From Pseudomonadota bacterium (lineage in GTDB: Bacteria; Bdellovibrionota; FAC87; UBA2466), in the NCBI GenBank assembly GCA_043718025.1, contig JAYSWN010000165.1, forward strand, positions 1-51,920: a stretch of DNA of 51,920 bases, written 5' to 3'. The notes under the pieces are model-generated. The model had not been told where the DNA came from and ran no database searches. It saw only the letters and a list, made by a program, of their open reading frames with translations. The first letter of the stretch is position 1. Every line of letters starts with the position of its first letter. This document shows, one piece after another, positions 28,707 through 37,731 of the stretch. A program made the position numbers and the translations under genes.

Positions 28707-29369
28707 ATGATTCACCCGAACATGACGGGTGAGCTCAGCATCGAAAATATCGAAAAGAGTTTTTGTCTGCCCCACCCCTGGGGAGTGCCTTGGCTCGCCA
28801 AAAAGGCCGAGGTCATTCGAGGTTTTTCTCTCCGCCTCAGAGTGGGCGAAATTGCGGCTTTGGTAGGCGCCAATGGCGCGGGAAAAACCACCATTCTTAA
28901 AATTGCGATGGGAATGTACCGGCCAAGCCGCGGCCGGGTGCTGATCGACGGCCAACCGGCCCACGCCGTGCCCCGAAAAAATTTGGGAATGATGATGACC
29001 CATCGCCTCTTGTACCCAGCGCTTACGGGCTACGAGAATCTGGCTTATACCGCTGCGTTGTACGGTTGCCGCGAGATTAAGGCCGAAATCGCCGCTAGTT
29101 CAGAGCAATGGGGCCTGCAAGCTTACTTGCAGCGCCCGATGCAGGAGTATTCGCAAGGCATGCGTACGCGTTTGGCCTTGGCCCGCGCCACGATTACGCG
29201 CCCCCGCTTTCTTTTCTTAGACGAGCCTTTTTCGTTTCTCGATGACGAGATCGGGCTTCCCCACGCCATTAAGGTGATTCGCGCCTTGGGGGTGACCACG
29301 CTTATCACCTCGCCGGTGCGATCGGTGGTTGCTTTCGCCGACAACGTGGTGGAGCTGCAAGCCTTATGA
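28707..29369 (+). CDS. ABC transporter ATP-binding protein
   Basis: GANGAGKTT Walker A, YSQGM signature, FLFLDEPF Walker B; H-loop appears degenerate (LITSP). Confidence 0.9.
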   Translation: MIHPNMTGELSIENIEKSFCLPHPWGVPWLAKKAEVIRGFSLRLRVGEIAALVGANGAGKTTILKIAMGMYRPSRGRVLIDGQPAHAVPRKNLGMMMTHRLLYPALTGYENLAYTAALYGCREIKAEIAASSEQWGLQAYLQRPMQEYSQGMRTRLALARATITRPRFLFLDEPFSFLDDEIGLPHAIKVIRALGVTTLITSPVRSVVAFADNVVELQAL

Positions 29370-30148
29370 ATGCACTCGCGGTCTTTTTTAAAAAAGAGTT
29401 GGCGCTGGAGAGTCGGTATGCGGTGCCGCTGCTGCAAAGCTTATTCATAAGTCCTATGGTAACCGCCCTGCCACTCTTTTTTGTTTACCGTAGCGTCTTT
29501 GTAAATTCGCAACATCAAGTGGCGGGGTGGAATGGTTCAAATTATTTGGCGCAGATCGGAGTTGGCCTGATTTGCCATTTTTGTTTGAACAGCGGTAGTT
29601 ACGTTCTCTTCAATCGCATTCTCGCCGAATGGCATCACCACACATTTGCCCTATTGTGGTTCTCCCCTCTACCCCGTTTGGCAAATTTACTGAGCCTTTC
29701 GCTTCCCGATATTTTTCGTTCCGCTTTTTTTGCGGGCGGGGTTACCGCTTTATTATTTTGGCGACAGACCAGCCCTGCGGGATTGCTCGGGGCAAGTTTT
29801 CTGTTCTTGCTTTTTTTTCTCTTTGGGGCGGCATTGGGAATATTAAGGTTTTTTCAGCACCTGCTTTTTCCGGCGGCACTCGACTTCGTCAATTTTTTTT
29901 ACCTGGGACTTCTGTTCACCTCGGGACTCTACTTTCCGGTTGGGGTGCTGCCGGCGCCCTTTAATTCTCTGGCGGCGTCTAATCCGCTTTTTCACGGCAA
30001 AGTGGCCATTCTCGCTTTGCTGCACGGCAATTCGGCCCTGGCATCGGGCATTTTATTTTTGGCGCCGCTAACTTTTATTTGGTGCGTGGTGTGCCTGGTC
30101 AGTACATTCTATGGCGCCCGGATAAACGAAGCATGCCTAAAGAACTAA
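29366..30148 (+). CDS. ABC-2 type transporter permease
   Basis: About 6 TM segments; SGLYFPV..LP and NPLFH motifs; ATGA overlap with the ATPase. Confidence 0.85.
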   Translation: MNALAVFFKKELALESRYAVPLLQSLFISPMVTALPLFFVYRSVFVNSQHQVAGWNGSNYLAQIGVGLICHFCLNSGSYVLFNRILAEWHHHTFALLWFSPLPRLANLLSLSLPDIFRSAFFAGGVTALLFWRQTSPAGLLGASFLFLLFFLFGAALGILRFFQHLLFPAALDFVNFFYLGLLFTSGLYFPVGVLPAPFNSLAASNPLFHGKVAILALLHGNSALASGILFLAPLTFIWCVVCLVSTFYGARINEACLKN

Positions 30149-30642
30149 CTCCTCTAAAATTTGAAGTCGGAAGCCACAGTATGTGGCCCCTATTGCGGCA
30201 GCATGATCACATTTTGATTCGTCCCCTAATCGATAAAAAAATCAGGCCGGGGCAGGTGGCCGCCTTCGCCGTGAATCACCGCCTCGTCTGCCACCGCGTT
30301 TTAAAGATCGTAGAATATCCAGGCTATCCGGCCAGGTATTTTACCCGGGGTGATTTAGCGATCTCTACCGATCCGAGTCTAAGCGGTGACGAGATCTGGG
30401 GAAGGGTGGTGGGCGTGCAGGGGGCTCCTTTTCGTTCGCTTTGGCTCGGGCCATTGGCGCCCGTGTTTTTGTTTTGGGTCTACGCGCGCGATCAGGTTTT
30501 AGAACGGGTGGGCGTCCACTCTAGGTCGGGGCTCTATCGCGTAATCTATTTGGCATTTTTCCCCTGGGCTGTCTTTCGTCCCGGAGGAAAATTTCGTTCT
30601 GGACCTATTGCTCCGTTAATGAGGATTAAGGCGGAGATTTGA
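30133..30642 (+). CDS. S24/S26 family (signal-peptidase-like) peptidase
   Basis: SHSMWPLL catalytic Ser motif, LVCHRV general base His, TRGD, IWGRV. Confidence 0.75.
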   Translation: MPKELTPLKFEVGSHSMWPLLRQHDHILIRPLIDKKIRPGQVAAFAVNHRLVCHRVLKIVEYPGYPARYFTRGDLAISTDPSLSGDEIWGRVVGVQGAPFRSLWLGPLAPVFLFWVYARDQVLERVGVHSRSGLYRVIYLAFFPWAVFRPGGKFRSGPIAPLMRIKAEI

Positions 30643-31946
30643 AACAGGCGATCACTCCGATTGTGCCGTCTTGGATTCGCGATCCACTGGCGCGCTGGGG
30701 TAGCCGGCCTTGGCTTTGTGCTTGCGGACGCCTGTGGTACAACCGTTCGGCCGCACACGTTGCTCGCAAAATCAGTGATCTGGTAAACCCCACCGAAATT
30801 TATCTCAAAGGTAGCGCGGCTTGGAATGATGTCACGCCGGGTCTTTCTGACTTCGACTTGGCCGTGATCGCGGCGGAGGTATCGGAAACTGAGATGGTAA
30901 GCCAGATGGTTTCGGTACGACGCTATTTGGCGTCGGTGCCTCGTCCCTGGATTCCTCTGGGTGAGGTCTCGTGGATCTTAGAAGGGGAACAAAATCTCTT
31001 TCAGCGAGTGTCACTAAGGCTACCGGCGCGGCACTATTATCTGAAGAAATTTTCAGCGGATCGCCGCGGCTCTTGGGGGGGAGGGGGATGGGGCAAGCAC
31101 GCCACCGCGCAGGGCTTATACGAAAGCGCACTCGAAAAGTACTTGGACGGCTATCATCAACTTCAGTTTGCGGTACAGGGAGTCTGCTCGACTGAACTTG
31201 CTCATCTGCAGGCCGCTAAATTCTGGAAGCGGTGTCTCTCGTTTTTACAGGCCAGCGAGTCGGAACAATTCCCAAAAGAGATCTCCACCGTGGCGGGGCC
31301 GGTGAGTTGGCCGTTATTGGGCGAGATGGCGGCGCAGTGTCTGGCTAAGCTTGAAGCTGCGACGCCACTCATCGGTGAAATTTACCCCAGCCCCGAGATG
31401 ACTGAAACCAATCTGGTGCGGGCCTACGCCGGTCAGCTGGGGCAACTCCTTGAACGAGAATTGGGGGTGAAGGGTTGGTTGCGGATTGAGCCATCGGCGC
31501 CTTACTATTTTGAAGTGCGATCGACTGACGCTGGCCTTCTGGCTAAAACAATGAGGTTGAATTTCGAAGACGCCAAGCAAGTGGCGGTTAAGCTGCAGTT
31601 TCCTTTGCTGACGCCCCGAGTCGCCGCTTACTACCGAGCGAAGGTGTTACCGAGGGTGATTAATTATTCGGCACTATTTAGAAACCAACAATCAATCGCT
31701 CCGATGCCGGTTGAAGAGTGGCAGCCATTTATCGCCGACGTGTTATTTCGGTCCACAGAGACGTTGATGTACCGGCGTCCAGAACAACTTTTGAACTGGT
31801 CGCGTGCCTTTCATCGTTTGAAACAAGAAACGGAAACTTTGTTGGTGGGCGTCGAGTCTAAGCCTCTACTGGCGGCGATCGACAGGCGCGCCCAACTTTT
31901 TTCAAGGTGCGCCGAACGTCTGAAAGATGACCAGCTGCGTTGTTGA
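30639..31946 (+). CDS. Pol-beta superfamily nucleotidyltransferase-domain protein
   Basis: IYLKGSAA...PGLSDFDLAVI (hGS..DxD). Confidence 0.65.
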   Translation: MKQAITPIVPSWIRDPLARWGSRPWLCACGRLWYNRSAAHVARKISDLVNPTEIYLKGSAAWNDVTPGLSDFDLAVIAAEVSETEMVSQMVSVRRYLASVPRPWIPLGEVSWILEGEQNLFQRVSLRLPARHYYLKKFSADRRGSWGGGGWGKHATAQGLYESALEKYLDGYHQLQFAVQGVCSTELAHLQAAKFWKRCLSFLQASESEQFPKEISTVAGPVSWPLLGEMAAQCLAKLEAATPLIGEIYPSPEMTETNLVRAYAGQLGQLLERELGVKGWLRIEPSAPYYFEVRSTDAGLLAKTMRLNFEDAKQVAVKLQFPLLTPRVAAYYRAKVLPRVINYSALFRNQQSIAPMPVEEWQPFIADVLFRSTETLMYRRPEQLLNWSRAFHRLKQETETLLVGVESKPLLAAIDRRAQLFSRCAERLKDDQLRC

Positions 31947-31970
31947 CGTTGCATCCGAATATTCGATAAT
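31943..31970 (+). promoter_or_regulatory. Putative internal sigma70-type promoter
   Basis: TTGACG-N16-GATAAT ending 7 nt before ATG 31978. Confidence 0.45.
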
Positions 31971-31977
31971 TGCCAGC

Positions 31978-32379
31978 ATGCTAAGGCCTAATCTAGTTCT
32001 TCACCCCCGAGTAGTTGCTTCACCCCACGCGGCAGGTTTTTGTGTGCTGCAATTGGTAGGCGCCCTTCAGTTTCAATTTGCGCTGGAGCAGCAAGCTTGG
32101 TTCGAAGCCATGAAATCGGCAAAGGACTGGGATCAGGTGGCAGCTTCGCTTCCTGGTGAAACCAAGGCAAAAACCGCCTTCCTGCTCTTTCTACTTGAAA
32201 AACAGGTTCTACTCGAAACCACCAACGCTGGGACAGGAGATCTTCCCGGTTGGGGGGGGGCGGCTTTGCCGGACTTAGGTAGTTTGGGTCAAACCTTTTC
32301 CACTGCGAAGCCGCAGGAGTGGCAGTTGGGCTTTGCCTTTGCTGATACCATCGCGAGCTCATTGCTTCCGGCGTGTTAA
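31978..32379 (+). CDS. PqqD/RRE-like domain with C-terminal leader/core-like extension (putative fused precursor)
   Basis: First ~80 aa follow the PqqD three-strand/three-helix pattern (LHPRVV..GFCVLQL..QFQF..W....DQVAASL..FLLFLLEKQVL); tail contains PDLGSLG; alternative start 31927. Confidence 0.55.
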   Translation: MLRPNLVLHPRVVASPHAAGFCVLQLVGALQFQFALEQQAWFEAMKSAKDWDQVAASLPGETKAKTAFLLFLLEKQVLLETTNAGTGDLPGWGGAALPDLGSLGQTFSTAKPQEWQLGFAFADTIASSLLPAC

Positions 32380-33557
32380 CCGACCTGCTTTCTAAAATTA
32401 AAGTGGCGATCGACGCCGCCAATCTTGGGGCGGTCGAATTCAGTCGCCGCGCCGACGCGATTGCGCTGGCTCTTGAACAAGTTTCAATTCCGACTGACCT
32501 AAGTTTTAAAGAAATAAACTTAGGGCTACTCACCCATTTTCCATCCGCCGATAGCAGCAGCCCCCTCGCGGCTCATCGAAGATTTCTGGCGATTGAACGG
32601 CCCCTGTATGATGTTGAGTTGATAACGTGGCTCGGTTTCGATACTGCGGTTCACAACCATCCGTTTGACGGTGTGCTTCACGTTTTGACCGGGGAGAGCC
32701 TCAATCTCAATTACTCCTTTTGCCAAAGTGGCGAAGACGGTGACTTAAAGTGGGGGGATCTAAACGTTACCTCGGTCACTCAGGTTGGCCCCCACCGCCG
32801 ATTTGTTTTTCGCAGCCATTCTGATTTCATCCATAAAGTGATCCACTTAAATCACGAGTGCTGCTCACTTCGCATCATGGCGCGTTCTCCCACCCTGCGT
32901 GAAGGGCAGTGGAGTTACCCGGTTCAAGAACTGGCCTTGCCGGTCGTGGCGCGGAGGCAACAAGGATTTTTCATGCGGGTTCCCCTGCTTGACTACTGGT
33001 ACGCTAACGACCGATCTGCATTTCGCCTAGCGATTGAAAAATGGTTTGCCGCCGGCCACCGTGCCGAGGCGATAAGCTACCTCGCCTTTCTGCGGGCGAA
33101 ATTTGATGATGTCGTAGAAACTGAAAATGCAATTGTTGAATCGCGTCACCTCTCGACAGAAGCAAAGACCAAGATTCTCGAAAATTTCTCCGGACTTGCC
33201 GTTAGCATGCTTCCTCCTTATGCAAAGCGATTAGGTCGGGAGACGGAACTGTTTTTGGCTTTAGTAGCGACATTTGGTTTCGGTCGCAAAATGGCCGGCG
33301 CGATTGCCCCGACCCTCAATCGGGAAGCGCCGTTGGCCTGGGTTACGCAAAGGCTAATGGAAATTACCTTGAGCGTCCGTCCAGAACGGGCGCTAGCCTT
33401 GTCTCTGCTCAACCGCCTTAACGAGTGGGAGCGGGGAGGGCATGGTACGATGGCGACACCCACTTCATTTATCTCCGAAGCCTGGCGGGTTGACCAATTC
33501 GAAACGTTTTTATCCGATTTGAAATCGGCCAACCTGCTTATTGGGGGTGGGCAATAG
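32373..33557 (+). CDS. Cupin (cysteine-dioxygenase-like) domain protein with helical C-terminal region
   Basis: TAVHNHPFDGVLHVLTG and FIHKVIH give an HxH...H metal triad. Confidence 0.6.
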   Translation: MLTDLLSKIKVAIDAANLGAVEFSRRADAIALALEQVSIPTDLSFKEINLGLLTHFPSADSSSPLAAHRRFLAIERPLYDVELITWLGFDTAVHNHPFDGVLHVLTGESLNLNYSFCQSGEDGDLKWGDLNVTSVTQVGPHRRFVFRSHSDFIHKVIHLNHECCSLRIMARSPTLREGQWSYPVQELALPVVARRQQGFFMRVPLLDYWYANDRSAFRLAIEKWFAAGHRAEAISYLAFLRAKFDDVVETENAIVESRHLSTEAKTKILENFSGLAVSMLPPYAKRLGRETELFLALVATFGFGRKMAGAIAPTLNREAPLAWVTQRLMEITLSVRPERALALSLLNRLNEWERGGHGTMATPTSFISEAWRVDQFETFLSDLKSANLLIGGGQ

Positions 33558-34996
33558 TGCGCTGGCTGTTTGCCTTTCCGCCGCTTTTCTTATTAGCGAG
33601 AGTCTTTTTTCGGAACACCGCTTCCGAGGGAGAGTCTCCTCGTTCCTACCGATCGCAAGGTAATTCGCTAGCCCCCTGGTTGTTTGTCGCACTGGCCTTC
33701 ACCCTAATCGTGATGCTGTTTCAGCCGATGAATTTCGATGAGCACGGACAGCTTGTGCGCGCCCTTGGTTTCGACCCGAACCCGCCCTCAAATCATTGGC
33801 TGGCGCGAGTCTTTTCTCGATTCGGAGTGCAGGCCGTCGGCCGTCTTTGGGTGGGCGCTCGGTTACCCTCAATTCTGTTTTCTTTTTTTACTATTGCGTT
33901 GTGGTATTTCGTTTCTTCGCTGTACTTAAGTCGCATCGCCGCCACTTGGTTTTCGGCCGCGCTGTTTGCCAATGGCCTTTTTCTGTTCAATGCGGTCTCA
34001 TCCCGCGCCTATTCCCTAGGCATGTTTTTAACCACGGCGTTAGTAACGACATTGGTGAGCTATACCGAAACCAAACAAATTCGCTGGGCTACGCTTTCAC
34101 TGGCTTCTCTCGCTCTGCTGCTAGGCCTGGGTGGTGTGACCCACCGCATGCTGTATTTGGTTTCTATTGTTATTTTCATCGCCCTACTTTTTTGGAGTTG
34201 GCAAAGAGTTGAAAGCCGTATGATGCCGCGACTGGCGGGGCTGGGCGCGGCGCTATTTATCTGGTTAGCCTGGCCCTATTTGTGGGGCGTATTTGATACC
34301 GAGCGGGAAAGCGGATTGTTTTTTCGGACGCTTACGTCGGCAGATTTGGTCTGGAATCGGCTCGAATCGATCTCCTTCCTCTATGTTTTTGGTTGGGACC
34401 GATCTTGGCAAGCGTTGCTTGGGTTTGCTTTTGTCACCACGCTTTTAGCCATTCGCCTTCGTTCATCAGTGGTGCTCTTTGGGGAATACTATTGGGTTTT
34501 GCTTCTTCTCGCGCTTCCCGCCATCGGCTGGGGGGTGGGGAATCTGGCGTGGGAACCCCGTTTTTTTATTTTTTTTCTACTTCCGGGTGTTTTCTTTCTG
34601 GCGCAATCGCTAGATGCCATTCAAACGAGGCTAAAAAAGTTTTGGTGGTCGGTGGCCTTTCTGCTTTTTGTCTTTCTGCCTCTCTTCCAGGCTCCTCGCC
34701 TGTTTATGAATTCCGGCGGTCAAATGGACTTAGTGAAATTTTTGGATGTGGCGGCGAAGCGTTATTCCCGCCATCAGGATTCTTGTCTATCGTGTTCAGG
34801 TAGCCATTCGTATTGCCGGTGGGTTAAAAACATCTACCTGCCCCCGGAACGGGGTTTTGCCTGGTCAAGCCAGTGCGCTCATCCCTGGGTGGTGCGCATT
34901 ACGGGCAATGACCAAAACCCCATGCCGCCGGGGCGCTGGTTGGTCAACTTTGGTTATGGAAGGGACTATTTGTTGTATGAGCCATTGGCGCCCTGA
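33557..34996 (+). CDS. GT-C fold membrane glycosyltransferase (GT39/ArnT-like)
   Basis: About 11 TM segments; NFDE, NPPSNH, ARLPS, RAYSL, EPRF motifs. Confidence 0.65.
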   Translation: MRWLFAFPPLFLLARVFFRNTASEGESPRSYRSQGNSLAPWLFVALAFTLIVMLFQPMNFDEHGQLVRALGFDPNPPSNHWLARVFSRFGVQAVGRLWVGARLPSILFSFFTIALWYFVSSLYLSRIAATWFSAALFANGLFLFNAVSSRAYSLGMFLTTALVTTLVSYTETKQIRWATLSLASLALLLGLGGVTHRMLYLVSIVIFIALLFWSWQRVESRMMPRLAGLGAALFIWLAWPYLWGVFDTERESGLFFRTLTSADLVWNRLESISFLYVFGWDRSWQALLGFAFVTTLLAIRLRSSVVLFGEYYWVLLLLALPAIGWGVGNLAWEPRFFIFFLLPGVFFLAQSLDAIQTRLKKFWWSVAFLLFVFLPLFQAPRLFMNSGGQMDLVKFLDVAAKRYSRHQDSCLSCSGSHSYCRWVKNIYLPPERGFAWSSQCAHPWVVRITGNDQNPMPPGRWLVNFGYGRDYLLYEPLAP

Positions 34997-35036
34997 ACTT
35001 GGCAAAAGCATTTTGCGTCCCAATGAGTCGGATGCG

Positions 35037-36011
35037 ATGCCCGGCCATTCTGCTTTTCAGACGCCGTTCCACGGCAATGTGGGGGGAATTGGATTTGAAG
35101 TGGCATCCGAAATTCCAGAAATCAATCGGTGGTTGGCTCGTGACTACTTGCCTGTGCCCAGCATTGCGCCGACCCCGCTTCGAGTAAAAGTGCTTAATTC
35201 CCCTCCCGCTAAGATTCGTTCGTGGTTTCACTCACCGCGATCGACGTGGAAATTTTGGGGCGAAGTAAACGAAGCCATTTTTTTCGGACGCGTGTCCGTA
35301 CACTATCATTCGGTCGGGCGCTTGGCCTACGTGGCCGGGCAGCACGCGGCGGAAGTGTATGAAGTGGTGGAAATGCTGCTGGCGTCCTTTTTGGGAGAAC
35401 AGGCCGATGCTAAAGGTTGGCACCGCGTTCATGGCTTAGGGGTCAGCTTTCGTGGTGAGGCCACGCTTTTCGTTGGTACGGCGGGCGCCGGAAAGACCAC
35501 CCTGGGGGCCGATCTCTTCTACCACCCCGACGCCAATTATTTTTCAGACGACATTCCGTGGGTAGCGCGAGAGGCAACTCTGCATCCGTATCCGCATCGC
35601 TTTAGCTTTAAAGAGTTTCCGCAATTTCCCCACGCGCAAGTTAGGCCACACTTTCGCCCTCGCTACGGCCAGCGTTTCTACGTCGATGCCGATGTGTTTG
35701 CTGAGCGCTGGTCGGCGCCTCAGCCGTTAAAACGAATTTTTTTATTGAAGCGCGGTGAGGTGAGGGGCTGTTTCTTGCAGAGTCGATGGCGGGTGTTTGG
35801 CTGGCTGCTCCGTTGGTTAGTATTGGGGCTCGAAACTCCGCAGATTTTTGAGTTGCGACTAAGGCTTGGGCCGCTGAGCTTCGGGCGCGCAATTCAGGCT
35901 TTTGTCTCTCGGCTTATTACCGCAATTCGCTTGGCACTCTGGGTGGACGGGTATTGCCTCACCTATCTTTCGGGCGATCGCCCGTCGAAAATTCTCGAAG
36001 ACTATAAATAG
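35037..36011 (+). CDS. HPr kinase/phosphorylase-like P-loop kinase
   Basis: VHGLGV..ATLFVGTAGAGKTTL...FSDDIPWV (His + Walker A + SDD signature of HprK-related kinases). Confidence 0.7.
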   Translation: MPGHSAFQTPFHGNVGGIGFEVASEIPEINRWLARDYLPVPSIAPTPLRVKVLNSPPAKIRSWFHSPRSTWKFWGEVNEAIFFGRVSVHYHSVGRLAYVAGQHAAEVYEVVEMLLASFLGEQADAKGWHRVHGLGVSFRGEATLFVGTAGAGKTTLGADLFYHPDANYFSDDIPWVAREATLHPYPHRFSFKEFPQFPHAQVRPHFRPRYGQRFYVDADVFAERWSAPQPLKRIFLLKRGEVRGCFLQSRWRVFGWLLRWLVLGLETPQIFELRLRLGPLSFGRAIQAFVSRLITAIRLALWVDGYCLTYLSGDRPSKILEDYK

Positions 36012-37123
36012 AAATGCGTCATCAAGTAAAAAAAGTCGCCGTAGCTGTCACTCAGGGCGCGAATTTGCTGCTTTTGAAAACTCAAGTTTAGCTCCAGGTG
36101 GGGCCGTAGAAAAAGTTGGGTGCCAATGCCAAACGCTTGATTTTCGCTAGATGTTTTGGTCCAGTCTAATTTGCCGTATTCGTGAGTCAGGTAAAGGTGG
36201 ATGCCCTTGTAAAACTCGTGATCCAGTTTGAGGTAGCTCGTGAGTCCGGCGCCGATCGGTCCCGTAGCGGGAGTGAGATGCTGAAAGTCTACTTCTGCCA
36301 ATAAGAACCAATGGGGCGTGAATCCGAGAATGGCGTAGGGACCGGCGACGTGCCGGTTGCCCAAGGGGCTTGATCCATAGAAATAGCTCGCGCCCACCTT
36401 GTAGCGGTCGTTTAAAAAACGGCTACCTCTAATTGAAACGCCGCGGTCGCGGTTTAGTTTTTCATTATCCGGACGACCCAAGCTGGCCGTTAAAAAGAGA
36501 TCGTAGTTTTCTCCTAAGTAAGCCGCCTCTAAATTATAACTCTCGCTACCATCATCCCACCTCAGGCCCCGTTTGATGCTCACAAAATGGTCGGCTAAGT
36601 TGATGCCGTAAGGCAGCTGAAACCGCCCCAGCCGAAACGAAAAGTTGTCGGTAGGCCGGTAGTTTACGTAGTGGCGCCGGCTAAGAATGGTGCTGCCGGT
36701 ATTATTGGCGCTCACTTCGGATTGCCGACCTAGGCTTACGGCTACTGTCCATTTTTCAATTTGCGCGGCCGCTTCGGCATCGATTTGCATCAATACCGTC
36801 TGGGCTCGCTCCACCACGCGATTTCCTTCGATTCGATTAGAAAAGGCTTGTAGTCCACGAACGTCACCGCCCAAGTTTAGCCACTCTGGCGTTGTGACTA
36901 AGTAGGCAAAACGCTCTTCCCCTTCGGCCCCCCAGGTACTCAAGACTTCGCGCGAAAGGCTGCGGCCGTAGGCGGTAAGTACCCCGCCTCCATCGGGAGA
37001 AAGGTGACAGGTCATGCAGTTGGCGTATCCATGTCTGACCATTTCGGGAAAGGCCTGACTCTGGTTGCTAACCACAGTGGCCAAAAGGAGAGCGATCGTT
37101 AAAACTAAACGGTTTGAGTACAC
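36002..37123 (-). CDS. Outer-membrane beta-barrel protein with N-terminal CxxCH heme motif
   Basis: Signal peptide ending SQA; FPEMVRHGYANCMTCHLSPDGGG.LT.YGR; barrel strands; terminal HFYL. Confidence 0.75.
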   Translation of the reverse strand: MYSNRLVLTIALLLATVVSNQSQAFPEMVRHGYANCMTCHLSPDGGGVLTAYGRSLSREVLSTWGAEGEERFAYLVTTPEWLNLGGDVRGLQAFSNRIEGNRVVERAQTVLMQIDAEAAAQIEKWTVAVSLGRQSEVSANNTGSTILSRRHYVNYRPTDNFSFRLGRFQLPYGINLADHFVSIKRGLRWDDGSESYNLEAAYLGENYDLFLTASLGRPDNEKLNRDRGVSIRGSRFLNDRYKVGASYFYGSSPLGNRHVAGPYAILGFTPHWFLLAEVDFQHLTPATGPIGAGLTSYLKLDHEFYKGIHLYLTHEYGKLDWTKTSSENQAFGIGTQLFLRPHLELNLSFQKQQIRALSDSYGDFFYLMTHFYL

Positions 37124-37133
37124 GGGTGTCCTG

Positions 37134-37712
37134 CTATTTCAGTTGGCCGGAAACGGTCGAAGTTACCTTCACCGCTTCGGTTACTTTTATGCCGAGATAA
37201 CTCGGGGTTTCGATGCCAAAATCTGCCGTGGGAATTTCGAATTGAAAAGTCATATCGACCTTATCCGCTTTTTTAGTCACCTTGGCCGTGCCCTTGATCA
37301 TTTTTTCTTTGCCGTGAAACGCCAAGTTTCCCGAAAAAGGGACCGCATCAGCCGAAAGCTCTTTGTCGGCCGAGGGCAATTTCATTTCGGTAATGTTTAG
37401 TGCGGCCTTGGGAAATTTGCCGACTTCTAAATATTTCTCTTTCATGTGTTTGTCGCGCAGATCGATACCCGTTTCGAAGGCATCAAGTTGGAATTCCGTT
37501 TTTCCCGAAACCGAGGCGCCCTCAAAAACCAACTTCCCGGTAAGGGGCTGTTTGATCTTTTCAGTTTTCATCTCGCCGCGGATTTTTATGGCGCTTGGTT
37601 TGCCGATCGCCAAGAACTCAACCCGGTTTTTGGGATCGTTCAACTCCAAGGTAGCGGCTCGGGCCGGCAAACTGAGGAACAAGGCGACAAGTAAAAAAGT
37701 ACAAAACTTCAT
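37134..37712 (-). CDS. yceI: YceI family periplasmic protein
   Basis: FETGIDLRDKHM, KFPKA, G.LAFHG, DFGI..P motifs. Confidence 0.88.
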   Translation of the reverse strand: MKFCTFLLVALFLSLPARAATLELNDPKNRVEFLAIGKPSAIKIRGEMKTEKIKQPLTGKLVFEGASVSGKTEFQLDAFETGIDLRDKHMKEKYLEVGKFPKAALNITEMKLPSADKELSADAVPFSGNLAFHGKEKMIKGTAKVTKKADKVDMTFQFEIPTADFGIETPSYLGIKVTEAVKVTSTVSGQLK

Positions 37713-37731
37713 GTTGTAGATCTCCTGATGG

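Noticed and set aside
31988..32533. 181-aa antisense ORF
   Set aside because: Shadow of the plus-strand operon genes with no motif
34746..35036. N-terminal extension of the HprK-like ORF
   Set aside because: Overlaps 250 bp of the glycosyltransferase and reads as off-frame sequence
28707..36011. Canonical lasso peptide or radical-SAM RiPP cluster
   Set aside because: No asparagine-synthetase-like cyclase, transglutaminase-like B2 peptidase or CxxxCxxC enzyme is visible in or near the operon
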